From assembly GCA_963733855.1 (NCBI GenBank), contig CAVTEL010000011.1:31691-95690 (forward strand): a stretch of DNA of 64,000 nucleotides, in the 5' to 3' direction. Under the pieces are notes generated by a model. That model worked only from the letters and a program-made list of their open reading frames with translations, had not been told where the DNA came from and ran no database searches. Position numbers and translations under genes: made by a program. Positions within the stretch are counted from its first letter, which is position 1, and every line of letters begins with the position of its first letter. Origin of the DNA: an uncultured Actinomycetes bacterium. Lineage in GTDB: Bacteria; Actinomycetota; Thermoleophilia; Gaiellales; Gaiellaceae. Shown piece after piece: positions 36,238 through 46,009 of the stretch.

Positions 36238-38782
36238 CGTGCATCTCCGCGCCATCCGCATCCGCGGCTTCAAGTCCTTCCCCGAACCGGTCGAGGTTCG
36301 CCTCGAGCCGGGCGTCGCCGTGGTCGTCGGGCCGAACGGCTCCGGGAAGTCGAACGTCGCCGACGCACTGCTGTGGGCCTCGGGCTAGCCTGAGCCCGAA
36401 CGAGCTCCGGGCGGAGAAGCCCGACGACGTGCTCTTCGCGGGCTCGGGCGAACGGCAAGCCGGCGCCGTACTGCCAGGTCGAGCTCGTCCTGGACAACGA
36501 GGACGACACGCTGGCCGACCTCCCGGCGGAGGTGTCCGTCATGCGGCGCGTGCACCGGGGCGGCGAGGGCCAGTATCTGATCAACGGGACCGCGGTTCGG
36601 CGCACCGACCTCGTGGAGCTGCTGGCCGACGTCGGTCTGGGAGGCGCCGCCGGTTCGGTCATCTCCCAGGGCAAGGTCGAGCAGATCCTGGCCTCGAAGC
36701 CCGAGGAGCGCCGGGCGCTCGTCGAGGAGGCGGCCGGGCTCGGGAAGTTCAAGCGTCGCCGCCACCGCGCGGAGTTGAAGCTCGCGCGGGTGGGACAGGA
36801 CGTTGCGCGTGCGCGCGACATCGAGGCGGAGGTCAAGAAGCGGCTTCGGCCGCTCGCGCTCCAGGCGAGCGCGGCGCAGCGTGCGGAGAAGCTCGGCGGC
36901 GAGATCGCCTCGCTCGAGGCCGCCGTCGCCACTCTCGATCTGGCCGCGGTCGACGAGCGGATCGGCGAGGCATCCGAGCGGCGAGCGGCGGCGGATCACG
37001 CGAAGCGGCGGACGGAGGGGAAGCTCGAGGAGCTGCTCGCCGAGCGCCACCGCGCGGAGGAGGAGCTGGCGGACGCCGCCGGCAAGCGCGAGTCGGCGAC
37101 GGCCGCGCTCTACCGGCTCAAGAGCGCCGGCGAGCGGCTGGAGCTGCGGCGGGAGAGCGCGGCGGCACTCGTCGAGTCGCTCCGGCACGCGGCGAGCCGC
37201 CCGCGGCTGCGGACCGGCCCCTCGGCCGCCGACCTGCGCCGCCTGAAAGCTGCGCGAGGAGGCCGATCTCGCCCGGGAACGGCTCGCGGCGCTCGAGCGG
37301 ACGCTTGCCGAGCGCGAGGGCGTTCCGCCGGCGGCGCGTGCGCTCGCCGAAGCCGGCCACGAGCTCCTGCTGTCCAAGCTCGAGGTCGCTCCGGGAGACG
37401 AGCGCGCCGTGATCGCAGCCCTGCGAGGCCGCGGCGGCGCCGTCGTCGCGCCCGACGAGCGGACGGCACTCAGGCTGGTCGACGAGGCTCGGGCGGGCGG
37501 GCTCGGGAGCCTGAACGTGGTCGTCGACGAGACCGTCGACGAGTTCGTCGTCGTCGAGCGCGACGAGCTCCTGCGGCAGTCGACCGTGGCCGTCACGCGC
37601 GACGGCATCGGCTACGACCCGTCAACGCGGGAGGTCTGGTTCCTCGGCGAGGCTGCCGAGGCGGTCTTGCTGGAGCTCGAGGCCCGCCGCCGGGCGGTTG
37701 CCGCCGAGGTCGAGGAGCTGGAGCGGCAGGCGGAGGCCGTCGTCGACGAGCCCGGTCCGAGCGCACGCGCTGGACGACGGCCGGTACCGCTCGCAGATCG
37801 CCGCGGCAGAGCGCCTGGAGCGCATGCTCGCAGTAGCCGGGTTGTCGAGCGACCGTTGGGAGCCGACGCTTCGCGCGCGCGCCGACGCCGGGACCACCCG
37901 GACGGCCGAGCTCGCGGACGAGCTCCGCCGGCTAGGCGGCGCGGAGGCGGAGATCCGCCGAGAGGCAGGCGAGGCCGCGACCGCGTCCGGCGCGATCGAC
38001 GTCGAGCTCGCCCGCCTCCAGGCCGAGCGCGACGAGGCTCAGCGGCGGCTGGAGGCGGCGGGCGCCGAGCCGGCAGAGGGCGACGACCGCGAGCGCGATC
38101 GCCGAGCGGCTCGAGCGCCTGGGCCGTCGCCGCGAGGAGCTCGGGCGCGTCAATCCGCTCGCCGCCGAGGAGTACGAGCGCGAGAAGGAATCACTCGCGG
38201 AGCTCACGGCGCAGCGCGAGGATCTCGAGCGCAGCCTCGACGAGCTCGCCAAGCTGCGGGACGACCTCGACCGCACCGTCGAGCGCCGGTTCGCCGAGAC
38301 GTTCGATGCCGTCAGCGAGCCACTTCGAGGAGGTCGCGTCGACGCTCTTCCCGGGAGGGCACGGTCGGCTACGGCTGACCGCCGAGAGCGAGGGTGACGA
38401 CGACGAAGCGACGCCGGGCATCGAGGTCGAGCTCCGCCCGGCCGGCAAGCGCGTGACGCGGCTTTCGCTGCTCTCGGGCGGCGAGAAGGCACTCGGCGCG
38501 ATCTCGTTCCTCTTCGCGCTCTTCCTCGCCCGGCCGTGCCCGTTCTACCTCCTGGACGAGGTCGAGGCGGCGCTCGACGACGCGAACATCGGCCGCTTCG
38601 TCGAGCTGCTGCGCCGCTTCTCCGACCGGGCGCAGTTCATCGTCATCACCCACCAGAAGAAGACGATGGAGGCGGCCGACGTGCTCTACGGCGTGACGAT
38701 GGGCGACGACGGCGTCTCGCAGGTCGTCTCGCGCACGCCTGCCGCGCGAGCCCGCCGCCGAAGCCGCGGCCTAGACGCCTAG
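36238..38782 (+). CDS. smc: chromosome partition protein SMC, about six apparent frameshifts, unusually short
   Basis: GTG 36238. IRGFKSF, Walker [10 protein letters not shown], hinge (..[16 protein letters not shown]..), signature LSGGEKAL, Walker [13 protein letters not shown]. Frame joins near 36385, 36465, 37248, 37745, 38095, 38325. Confidence 0.85.
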
Positions 38783-41700
38783 CCCGTGAACGGCACGCGC
38801 ACGACCGGCCGGCCGCGGACGAGCACGCGCGCCCGGTCGCGACAGGCCGGCAGTCGCCTGGAGATGTCGGGCGCCGGCAGTTGAGCCGTGTTCGAGCCGG
38901 AGACGTCGGCGGGGTTCACGATCGCGCGTCGACGGCTCGACGGGCCGACTCGGGCGACGACCACGAAGGTCTTCCTTGTGTTTGGTCGCATCGTCGCGAC
39001 CCGCCAGCAAAGATTCCGTCCGGACCGGCGAGCTCCGGGTGCCCGCACGACGGTCAGGCCGGCCGGCATGCGGTCACAGGTGATGACGTTCCGAGCGGTT
39101 CCGCGGCCGCGGTTCCTGACCGTGATCCGGAACGTCGACACGCTGGCTAGGGATACAGGAGATGCCGGTTCGCCGCTCTTGTCGAATCACCAGGACGGGC
39201 GAGCGGGCCGGGCCGCTGCACGTTCGTGACCGTGCACGTCAGGACACCGCCGGGCGTGCTCGGGGTCGTGACGGTGAAGGGGCCGCCTCGGTAGAGCCTC
39301 AGGTCACGCGGGCCGGTGCCGCAGTTGATGAAGGCGACGTACCCCTGCGGCATGGCGGATCTCACCGATCGTGACCTGGGTCGACGGCGGGTAGTCGAAC
39401 GACACGCTCTGCCCGTCCGCGGTGGCGACCGAGGCAACGTCGAACGGCGCACTGCCGGCTTCGTCGACGAAGATCGTCGCCGACCGCTCCGCGCCGCCCC
39501 ATTCCTTGAGCAGGCGGACGGTCGTCACGGGGGTGTTCGTGATCGTGCACGTGATGGTGGCGCCGTCGACGGCCGGTGAGGTAACCGGGAACGGGCCGCC
39601 TGCATAAGCCTGCGGGCCGCCGCCGCAGTCGATCGCCGCCGTGAATCCAGCGGGCACCGTGGTCTCGCCGACCGCGACCGGAGTCGAGACGGGGTACTCG
39701 AATGACGTGCCCTGGCCGCTGGCGGTCGCGACCGTGGAGGCGTCGTAGGGCGCCATCCCGTTCACGTCGACGAAGAGCGTCGCCGCTGACGAGGCCCCGG
39801 CCCATTCCTTGACGACCTGCACCGTCGAGCGGAGCTCCGTGTTCGTGATCGTGCAGGTGGTGACCTCGTCCCCGTCCGCAGGAGAGGTGACCGGGAAGGG
39901 GCCGCCGGTGTAGGGCTGGGGGCCCTGCCCGCAGTCGATGGTGGCGGCGTAGCCGGCCGGCACGGGATCTTCACCGACCGTTACCGGGGTCGAGACCGGG
40001 TACGTGAAGGAGGCGCTGTCGCCGCTCGCAGTCGCGACGGTCGAATCGTCGAAGGGCGCCGCGCCGTCCTGGTCGACGAAGATCGTCGTCGAGGCGGGTG
40101 TTCCGATCCACTGCTTGACCACCTGGACGGTCGAGAACAGCTGGGAGTTCGTGACGGTGCAGGTGAGGACTCCGAGGTGTTGAGCCGGAGACACCACCGG
40201 GAACGGCCCGCCGTCGTACGGCTGACGAGGCTGCGTGTGGCCGCAGGCGATCTCGGCTCCATAGCCGGCCGGCACCGTGGTCTCGCCGACCGTGACCGGC
40301 GTGGAGGTCGGGTAGACGAAGGACGTGTTGTCGCCGCTCGCGGTGGCTGTCGTGGAAGCGTCGTACGGTGCCGCGCCGTTCAGGTCGACGAAGATCTCCG
40401 CGGACGACGTAGCGCCGACCCACTGCTTGACGGTCCGGACGAACGAGAGCGTCTGCGTGTTCGTGATCGTGCAGGTGACGACTCCGAGGTGCTGCGCCGG
40501 AGACGTGACCGGGAACGGGCCGCCGTTGTATTGCTGGCGACCCTGCAGCTCGCCGCACGAGATCGTCGCCTGGTACCCGACCGGCACCGTGGTCTCGCCG
40601 ACCGTGACCGGCGTCGAGACCGGGTAGACGAAGGACGTGGTGTCGCCGCTCGCGGTCGCTGTCGTGGAGGCGTCGTACGGTGCCGCGCCGTCCCGGTCGA
40701 CGAAGATCTCCGCCGAGGAGGGGGCGCCGACCCACTGCTTGACCACGCGGACGGTCGAGAGCAGCTGCCTGTTCGTGATCGTGCACGTGAGGGTTTCCCC
40801 GGCTGCAGGAGCGACGACGGCGAACGGCCCGCCCTGGTAGGGCAGTGCCCGGTTGGCGCCGCACTGGATCCTCGCGTCGTAGCCGGTCGGCACCGCGGTC
40901 TCGCCGACGGTCACCGCCGTCCCGGCCGTGTAGTTAAAGGAAGTGTTGTGCCCATCAGCAGTCGCGACCGTCTCGGCGTCGTACGGCGCCGCGCCGGTGG
41001 CGTCGACGAAGATCGTCGCCGAGGAGGGGGCGCCGTCCCATTCCTTGACCACCCGAACGGTCGCCGGCGGCGGAATGATGTTGTTGCTGATCGTGCAGAT
41101 CAGCGTGTCGCCGTTGGTTGCCGGCGACGTGACCGCGAACGGGCCGCCGAGATAGGCCACCGGAGCGCCGGACCCGCACTGGATCGTCGCCGTGAACCCG
41201 GCAGGCAAGGCGGTCTCGCCGACGAACGCCGGCGTGGAGACCGGGTAGGTGAAGAACGTGTTGTGCCCGCTGGCGGTGGCGACCGTGGAGGCGTCGAAGG
41301 GCGCCACGCCGTTCTGGTCCACGAAGATCGTCGCGCTGGTCGGCGTACCTGACCAGTTCTTGATTACTCGGATCTTCGAGAGCTGTTGTGTATTGACGAT
41401 CGTGCAGGTAATGGTCGCTCCGTCGGTTGCAGGCGACGTGACCGGGAATGGGCCGCCGGCGTAGGCGACTGGAGCGCCGGTGCCGCACTGGATCGTGGCG
41501 GCATAGCCGGCCGGGAGGACGGTCTCTCCCACGAACACCGGCGTCGAGATCGGGTAGGTGAAGGAGGCGCTGGCGCCGCTCGCCGTCGCGACGGTCGAGG
41601 CGTCGAAGGGCGCCGCTCCGGTCGCGTCGACGAAGATCGTCGTGGTGCTCGGCGCGCCAACCCATTCCTTGACCACCTCGACCGACGAGAGCTGCTGGGT

Positions 41701-44188
41701 GTTCGTGATCGTGCACGTGATGGTTGGCCCACCGATGGCGGGCGAAGTCACCGGGAATGGGCGCGCCCGTGTACGGCTGCGTAGTCGCCCGTCGCCGCAC
41801 CGGATCGTGGCCGCGTAGCCGGCCGGGACGGGTGTCTCGCCGACCGTGACCGGGGTCGAGATCGGGTAGGTGAAGGAGGCGCTGTCGCCGGTCGCGGTCG
41901 CGACGGTCGAGGCGTCGAAGGGCGCCGCGCCGTCCTGGTCGACGAAGATCGTCGTCGTCGAGGGGGCGCCGACCCAGGCCTTGACCACTCGCACCGTGGA
42001 GGTTTTCTGCTTGTTGGTGATCGTGCAGGTGATGGTTCCGCCGTCGGTAGCCGGTGAGGTGACCGCGAACGGGCCGCCCGTGTAGGCCTGCGCGGCGCCC
42101 GTGCCGCACTGGATCGTCGCCTCGTAGCCCGACGGCACGGCGGTCTCGCCGACGGACACCGGCGTCGAGACCGGATAGGTGAAGGAGGTGCTGTCGCCGC
42201 TCGCGGTCGCGACCCTCGAGGCGTCGAACGGAGGCGATCGCCGTTCCGGTCGACGAAGATCGTCGCGGACGACGGTGGCGCCGACCCAGTTCTTCACGAC
42301 CTGCACGGTCGAGCGCAGCTGCTTGTTGGTGATGGTGCAGGTGACGGTCGTCGCCGTCGGTCGGCGGTGACGTGACCGCGAACGGCCCGCCGGTGTAGTC
42401 CTGCACGGGCCGGCGCCGCATTGGATCGTGGCCGTGTAGCCAGCCGGCACCGGGGTCTCACCGACCGTCACCCCGGTCGAGACCGGGTAGTCGAAGCGAG
42501 GCGCTCGCTCCGCTGGTGGTCGCGACGGTCGAGGCGTCGTAAGTCGGCGGCGCCGGTGGCGTCGACGAAGATCGTCGTCGAGCTGGGGTCGCCGACCCAT
42601 TGCTTGACCACGCGGACCGTCGAGCGCTTGAACTGGTTGCGGACGACGCAGTTGACGTGGTCGCGCACCTTCAGGCCCGTGAGAGTGAACGACGCCACTG
42701 TGGCCGGAACGTTGCTGTCGAGGATCGTCTGGCCTGCCGGACGTGCAGGTCACCTTCTCCGGTTCGTACCCCGGCTTCGTCCCGTCGGTGATCGTGATGT
42801 TGCTCAGCGTGGTGTGCTGAGTTCGGCCGCCAGACGAAGTCGATCGTCCCGTCGGCGACCGTGTTTCCCGACTGGGTTGCGGTCGCGGAGGTGACGGGGT
42901 TGACCGGGTTCGGCTTGAACCACCGGTAGGCGTACTGACCCGGAGGAGCCTCGACCCGGCCGCTGAACCCCCAGCCCGGCTCGGAGACCCAGGCGTCCCG
43001 AACCAGCCTTGTCCGTCTCCTTCCTGACCGTCACCGTGAGATTGCAGAGCTTGGAGGCGAGGTCAGCGAACGCATTCTCGAGGTCGTTGAAATTGGTGAC
43101 GAGCGTGTAGTCGGCCGTCTCGATCGGGTACTCCGGGAAGCTCCTCGTGCCCGAGACCGCCTGGATCCGCAGCGCGCTGAGAGCGTCCGTCACGCCGTCG
43201 CCGACGCCGATCGCGAACATGTGCGAGTTCGCCTTGAGCTGGTTCGCGGCGTTAGCCGCGGGGTCCATTGCCGAGTAGAAGCCCTCCTCCACACCGGTGC
43301 CGCCTCCGGCCCAGCGGTTCGGGTTCCCGTCAGTGAGGAACACGACGAGGTCAGGCTTGTCGCCGGTCGTCTGTGTGCGTACCCGGTTCAGTCCCGGCAT
43401 CCCAGTTCGTGGTCCCCCCGGGGTTGTAGTTGTTCAGGTACGTCGTGAGCTGGCCGTCGATGAACGCTTGAGTGATGTCCTGATACGGCGTCGATGTGGC
43501 TCGTACTGGCCGTCGTCGAGAACTTGAAGACGGCCATCCTGGCGCCTGTGTCGAGGAGACCCCGGGCGAGAGCTTTCGTCGCGCTCCTGACCTGTGGTGC
43601 GGCGCTCCCGATCGATCCCGACTCGTCCAGAACGACGGCGACCTTCATCCCCTGACACGCTGCGGTGAGCGGCTCGTTGTGCGCGGGAACGTCGGTCGTG
43701 AGGTCGAGATGCTCTGATTCGCGAGGCCGCTCCCGGAGCAACTGTCGTTCGTGAAGAGCTCGATCCGGAGCGTCGAGGGGCCGCCGGGCGGCGGCGTGAA
43801 CACGTGCTCGCTGGGCCCGACCTTGCCCGGGTCGGGGAGGTTCCCCCGGGGCGGGCTCTCAGCAGCTTTGATCGCCGCGTTGGCTTCGTACTCGTACTCG
43901 AGGTCGACGGTTTGACTGCCGTTCGCCCTGATCGCTCGTGGTTGACGCACCGGGTCACGCCGCCGGTCGTCCAGCTGGTCGATTCCCAGGTCGTGCCGTC
44001 GCGTGACGTTCGCCACGATCCGAATGTCGTAGCCGGAGCCCATCGGCCCGGACGTGATCGATGCACCCGCTCGCCCGCGCCTGCAGGCTCGTGATCGTGA
44101 TCGCCGCGTGTGAGGAAGCTACGACCGCGAGAGCTCCGGCCACGCCGACGGCAAGGGCCGCCGCAGGCAGTCTCCACCTCTCGCGCAT
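38779..44188 (-). CDS. giant secreted adhesin-like protein: signal peptide, N-domain, VWA domain, 11 tandem ~100-aa repeats, DUF11-like C-terminal domain; many apparent frameshifts
   Basis: ATG 44188 after GAGGAAGGGGA. Signal [60 protein letters not shown]. Repeats in ORF 39304..42753. DUF11-like [26 protein letters not shown] (ORF 38779..39141). Confidence 0.8.
39230..42650 (-). repeat. 11 tandem coding repeats, period ~300-310 bp
   Basis: Unit consensus [94 protein letters not shown]. Confidence 0.85.
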
Positions 44189-44290
44189 CTGAGTCCCCTT
44201 CCTCGCCGTGCTGGGACGGGCACCGAAGATCGTACTTCCCATCGGTGTTGTCAAAAAAAGCGCCGTGCCCGCAGCTAGCCTCCTCCGGAC

Positions 44291-45238
44291 ATGAGCCGGA
44301 GTTGGGGCGAGTTTCTCGGCGACACCGACACGTCGGACGAGACCGCGGACGAGCAGTCCGGCTTCCTCTCTCGCCTGCGCGACTCGCTGGGCAAGAGCCG
44401 CCGGGCGCTGACCGAGCAGATCGCGGCGGCGGCGTTCGACCCGGCGGACGACGAGGCATGGGAGCGGCTCGAGGAGGCGCTGATCGCGGCCGACGTCGGA
44501 GTCCCGACGACGGCCGAGCTCGTCCAGCGGCTGGAGGCGCGCGAGGTCGCCGGCGAGCTGGGCGCCGCGCTCAGCGACGAGGCCGCCGAGCTCCTGGGCG
44601 GCCCGCCGCGCCTCGACCTGAGCGCCGGGCCGACCGTGATCCTCGTCGTCGGCGTCAACGGGACCGGGAAGACGACGACGATCGGCAAGCTGGCGCAGAA
44701 GCTCCGCGAGCACGACCACTCCGTCCTCCTGGCCGCCGCAGACACCTTCCGCGCCGCGGCCGAGGAGCAGCTCGAGATCTGGGCGGGCCGCGCGGGCGCG
44801 GACTTCGTCGGCTCGGAGCGCGGGGGAGACCCGGCCGCCGTCGCCTACGACGCGATCGAGGCGGCGGCGGCTCGCGGCCGCGACGTCGTGATCGTCGACA
44901 CCGCCGGCCGGCTGCACACGCAGACGAACCTGATGGAGGAGCTCGCGAAGGTCCGCAGGGTGATCGAGCGCCGCCTGCCGGGCGCGCCGCACGAGACGCT
45001 GCTCGTCGTCGATGCGACCACCGGCCAGAACGGCCTCCAGCAGGCGCGCCTCTTCGGCGAGGCCGTGGACGTGACCGGCGTCGCCCTGACCAAGCTGGAC
45101 GGCTCGGCGAAGGGCGGTGTCGCGCTCGCGATCGCCCACGAGCTCGGTCTCCCGGTCAAGCTCGTGGGCGTCGGCGAAGGGCTCGACGACCTCAGGCCGT
45201 TCGACGCCCGCGACTACGCGAACGCTCTCCTGCTCTAG
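44291..45238 (+). CDS. ftsY: signal recognition particle receptor FtsY
   Basis: Intact 315-aa ORF. GVNGTGKTT, DTAGRLH, TKLDGSAKGG. Confidence 0.95.
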   Translation: MSRSWGEFLGDTDTSDETADEQSGFLSRLRDSLGKSRRALTEQIAAAAFDPADDEAWERLEEALIAADVGVPTTAELVQRLEAREVAGELGAALSDEAAELLGGPPRLDLSAGPTVILVVGVNGTGKTTTIGKLAQKLREHDHSVLLAAADTFRAAAEEQLEIWAGRAGADFVGSERGGDPAAVAYDAIEAAAARGRDVVIVDTAGRLHTQTNLMEELAKVRRVIERRLPGAPHETLLVVDATTGQNGLQQARLFGEAVDVTGVALTKLDGSAKGGVALAIAHELGLPVKLVGVGEGLDDLRPFDARDYANALLL

Positions 45239-45441
45239 CGCTCCACCGCGAACGCGATGTTGACGGTCGTGCGGTACATGCTGATCTTGTCGTTCTCGAC
45301 GAGCGCGCTCATCGAGATGACGTCGGCGCCGGAGATCCCGCGTAGCGTCTTCGACGCCTCCTGAACGGCGACGTCGGCCGCCTTGGCGAAGCTCTCCGGC
45401 GACTGGCCGATGACGGTGATGACCTTCGCGATCTCTGCCAT
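45235..45441 (-). CDS. dodecin family flavin-binding protein
   Basis: 68 aa; VITVIGQSPESFAKAADVAVQEASKTLRGI...YRTTVNIAF matches the dodecin beta-alpha-beta-beta pattern. Confidence 0.7.
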   Translation of the reverse strand: MAEIAKVITVIGQSPESFAKAADVAVQEASKTLRGISGADVISMSALVENDKISMYRTTVNIAFAVER

Positions 45442-45456
45442 GCAGTCTCCTCTCGT

Positions 45457-45521
45457 CTAGGGCTGGATTTGCTCGAGCTCGACGATGTAGTCGTGGATCG
45501 GTTGCTCGCGGTGATGTACAT
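45457..45521 (-). pseudogene. C-terminal remnant of a dodecin-like small-protein paralogue
   Basis: MYITA / (frame change) EQPIHDYIVELEQIQP* parallels MYVEVHNPIHDYIVVL of the gene at 45765. Only ~21 codons. Confidence 0.35.
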
Positions 45522-45536
45522 GCCCGCTTGTCCGGT

Positions 45537-45722
45537 CTAATCGAAATCGACGAGGTAGTCGTGATGCGGGTTTCGGCTAAGCCTCTTCACCGTGACTCTG
45601 ATCACGCGTTCATCGCCGACCGGCACGTCGTCTCGTATCAGCGCCGCGTTGACCGCCTCCTTGAGTTCCCTCCGAAATCCGCGGTCATAGTCCTCGGTGC
45701 TGGTCTGTTCCTGGTCCTCCAT
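45537..45722 (-). CDS. small dodecin-like protein, paralogue 2
   Basis: GGAGG-N5-ATG (45722). MEDQEQTSTEDYDRGFRRELKEAV....NPHHDYLVDFD. Confidence 0.45.
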   Translation of the reverse strand: MEDQEQTSTEDYDRGFRRELKEAVNAALIRDDVPVGDERVIRVTVKRLSRNPHHDYLVDFD

Positions 45723-45751
45723 GTTCACCTCCTCGAAGCTCCGCGATTTTC

Positions 45752-45772
45752 AGACGGCTGAAGCTCAGCCGT
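45752..45772 (-). other. intercistronic hairpin GACGGCTGA-GCT-TCAGCCGTC
   Basis: 9-bp perfect stem overlapping the stop codon of the 45765 gene. No U-tract follows. Confidence 0.5.
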
Positions 45773-45977
45773 CGGTGTCCAGAACCACGATGTAGTCGTG
45801 AATCGGGTTGTGGACCTCCACGTACATCTCTGCGACCCTCAGACGTACCGGCTTGCCGGGCTCCGGGGCCCCGTGTTCGGCCTTGTAGTTGTCGACGGCC
45901 GCCTTGGTGGCGGCCCGAAAGCCCGCTTCTGGATCTTCCGAAATGACGTGAAACTCCCTCGACCTGGGGCATCCCAT
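45765..45977 (-). CDS. small dodecin-like protein, paralogue 3
   Basis: ..EFHVISEDPEAGFRAATKAAV...MYVEVHNPIHDYIVVLDTDG. In-frame ATG 45977 abuts GGAGG. The better-spaced ATG 45972 is out of frame, suggesting a 1-nt error near 45955. Confidence 0.5.
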   Translation of the reverse strand: MGCPRSREFHVISEDPEAGFRAATKAAVDNYKAEHGAPEPGKPVRLRVAEMYVEVHNPIHDYIVVLDTDG

Positions 45978-46009
45978 CCTCCTTTTCTGACTGCGTCGTT
46001 CGTTCGATC

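Noticed and set aside
38779-38800. C-terminal ..VRVPFTG* of the adhesin considered as an LPXTG sortase signal.
   Set aside because: The motif is at the extreme C-terminus, with no following hydrophobic helix or basic tail. The frame in this region is also uncertain.
39230-42650. Tandem repeats considered as a CRISPR array or non-coding satellite.
   Set aside because: The period is ~300 bp, there is no short repeat/spacer structure, and one continuous protein-coding frame shows domain-like conservation.
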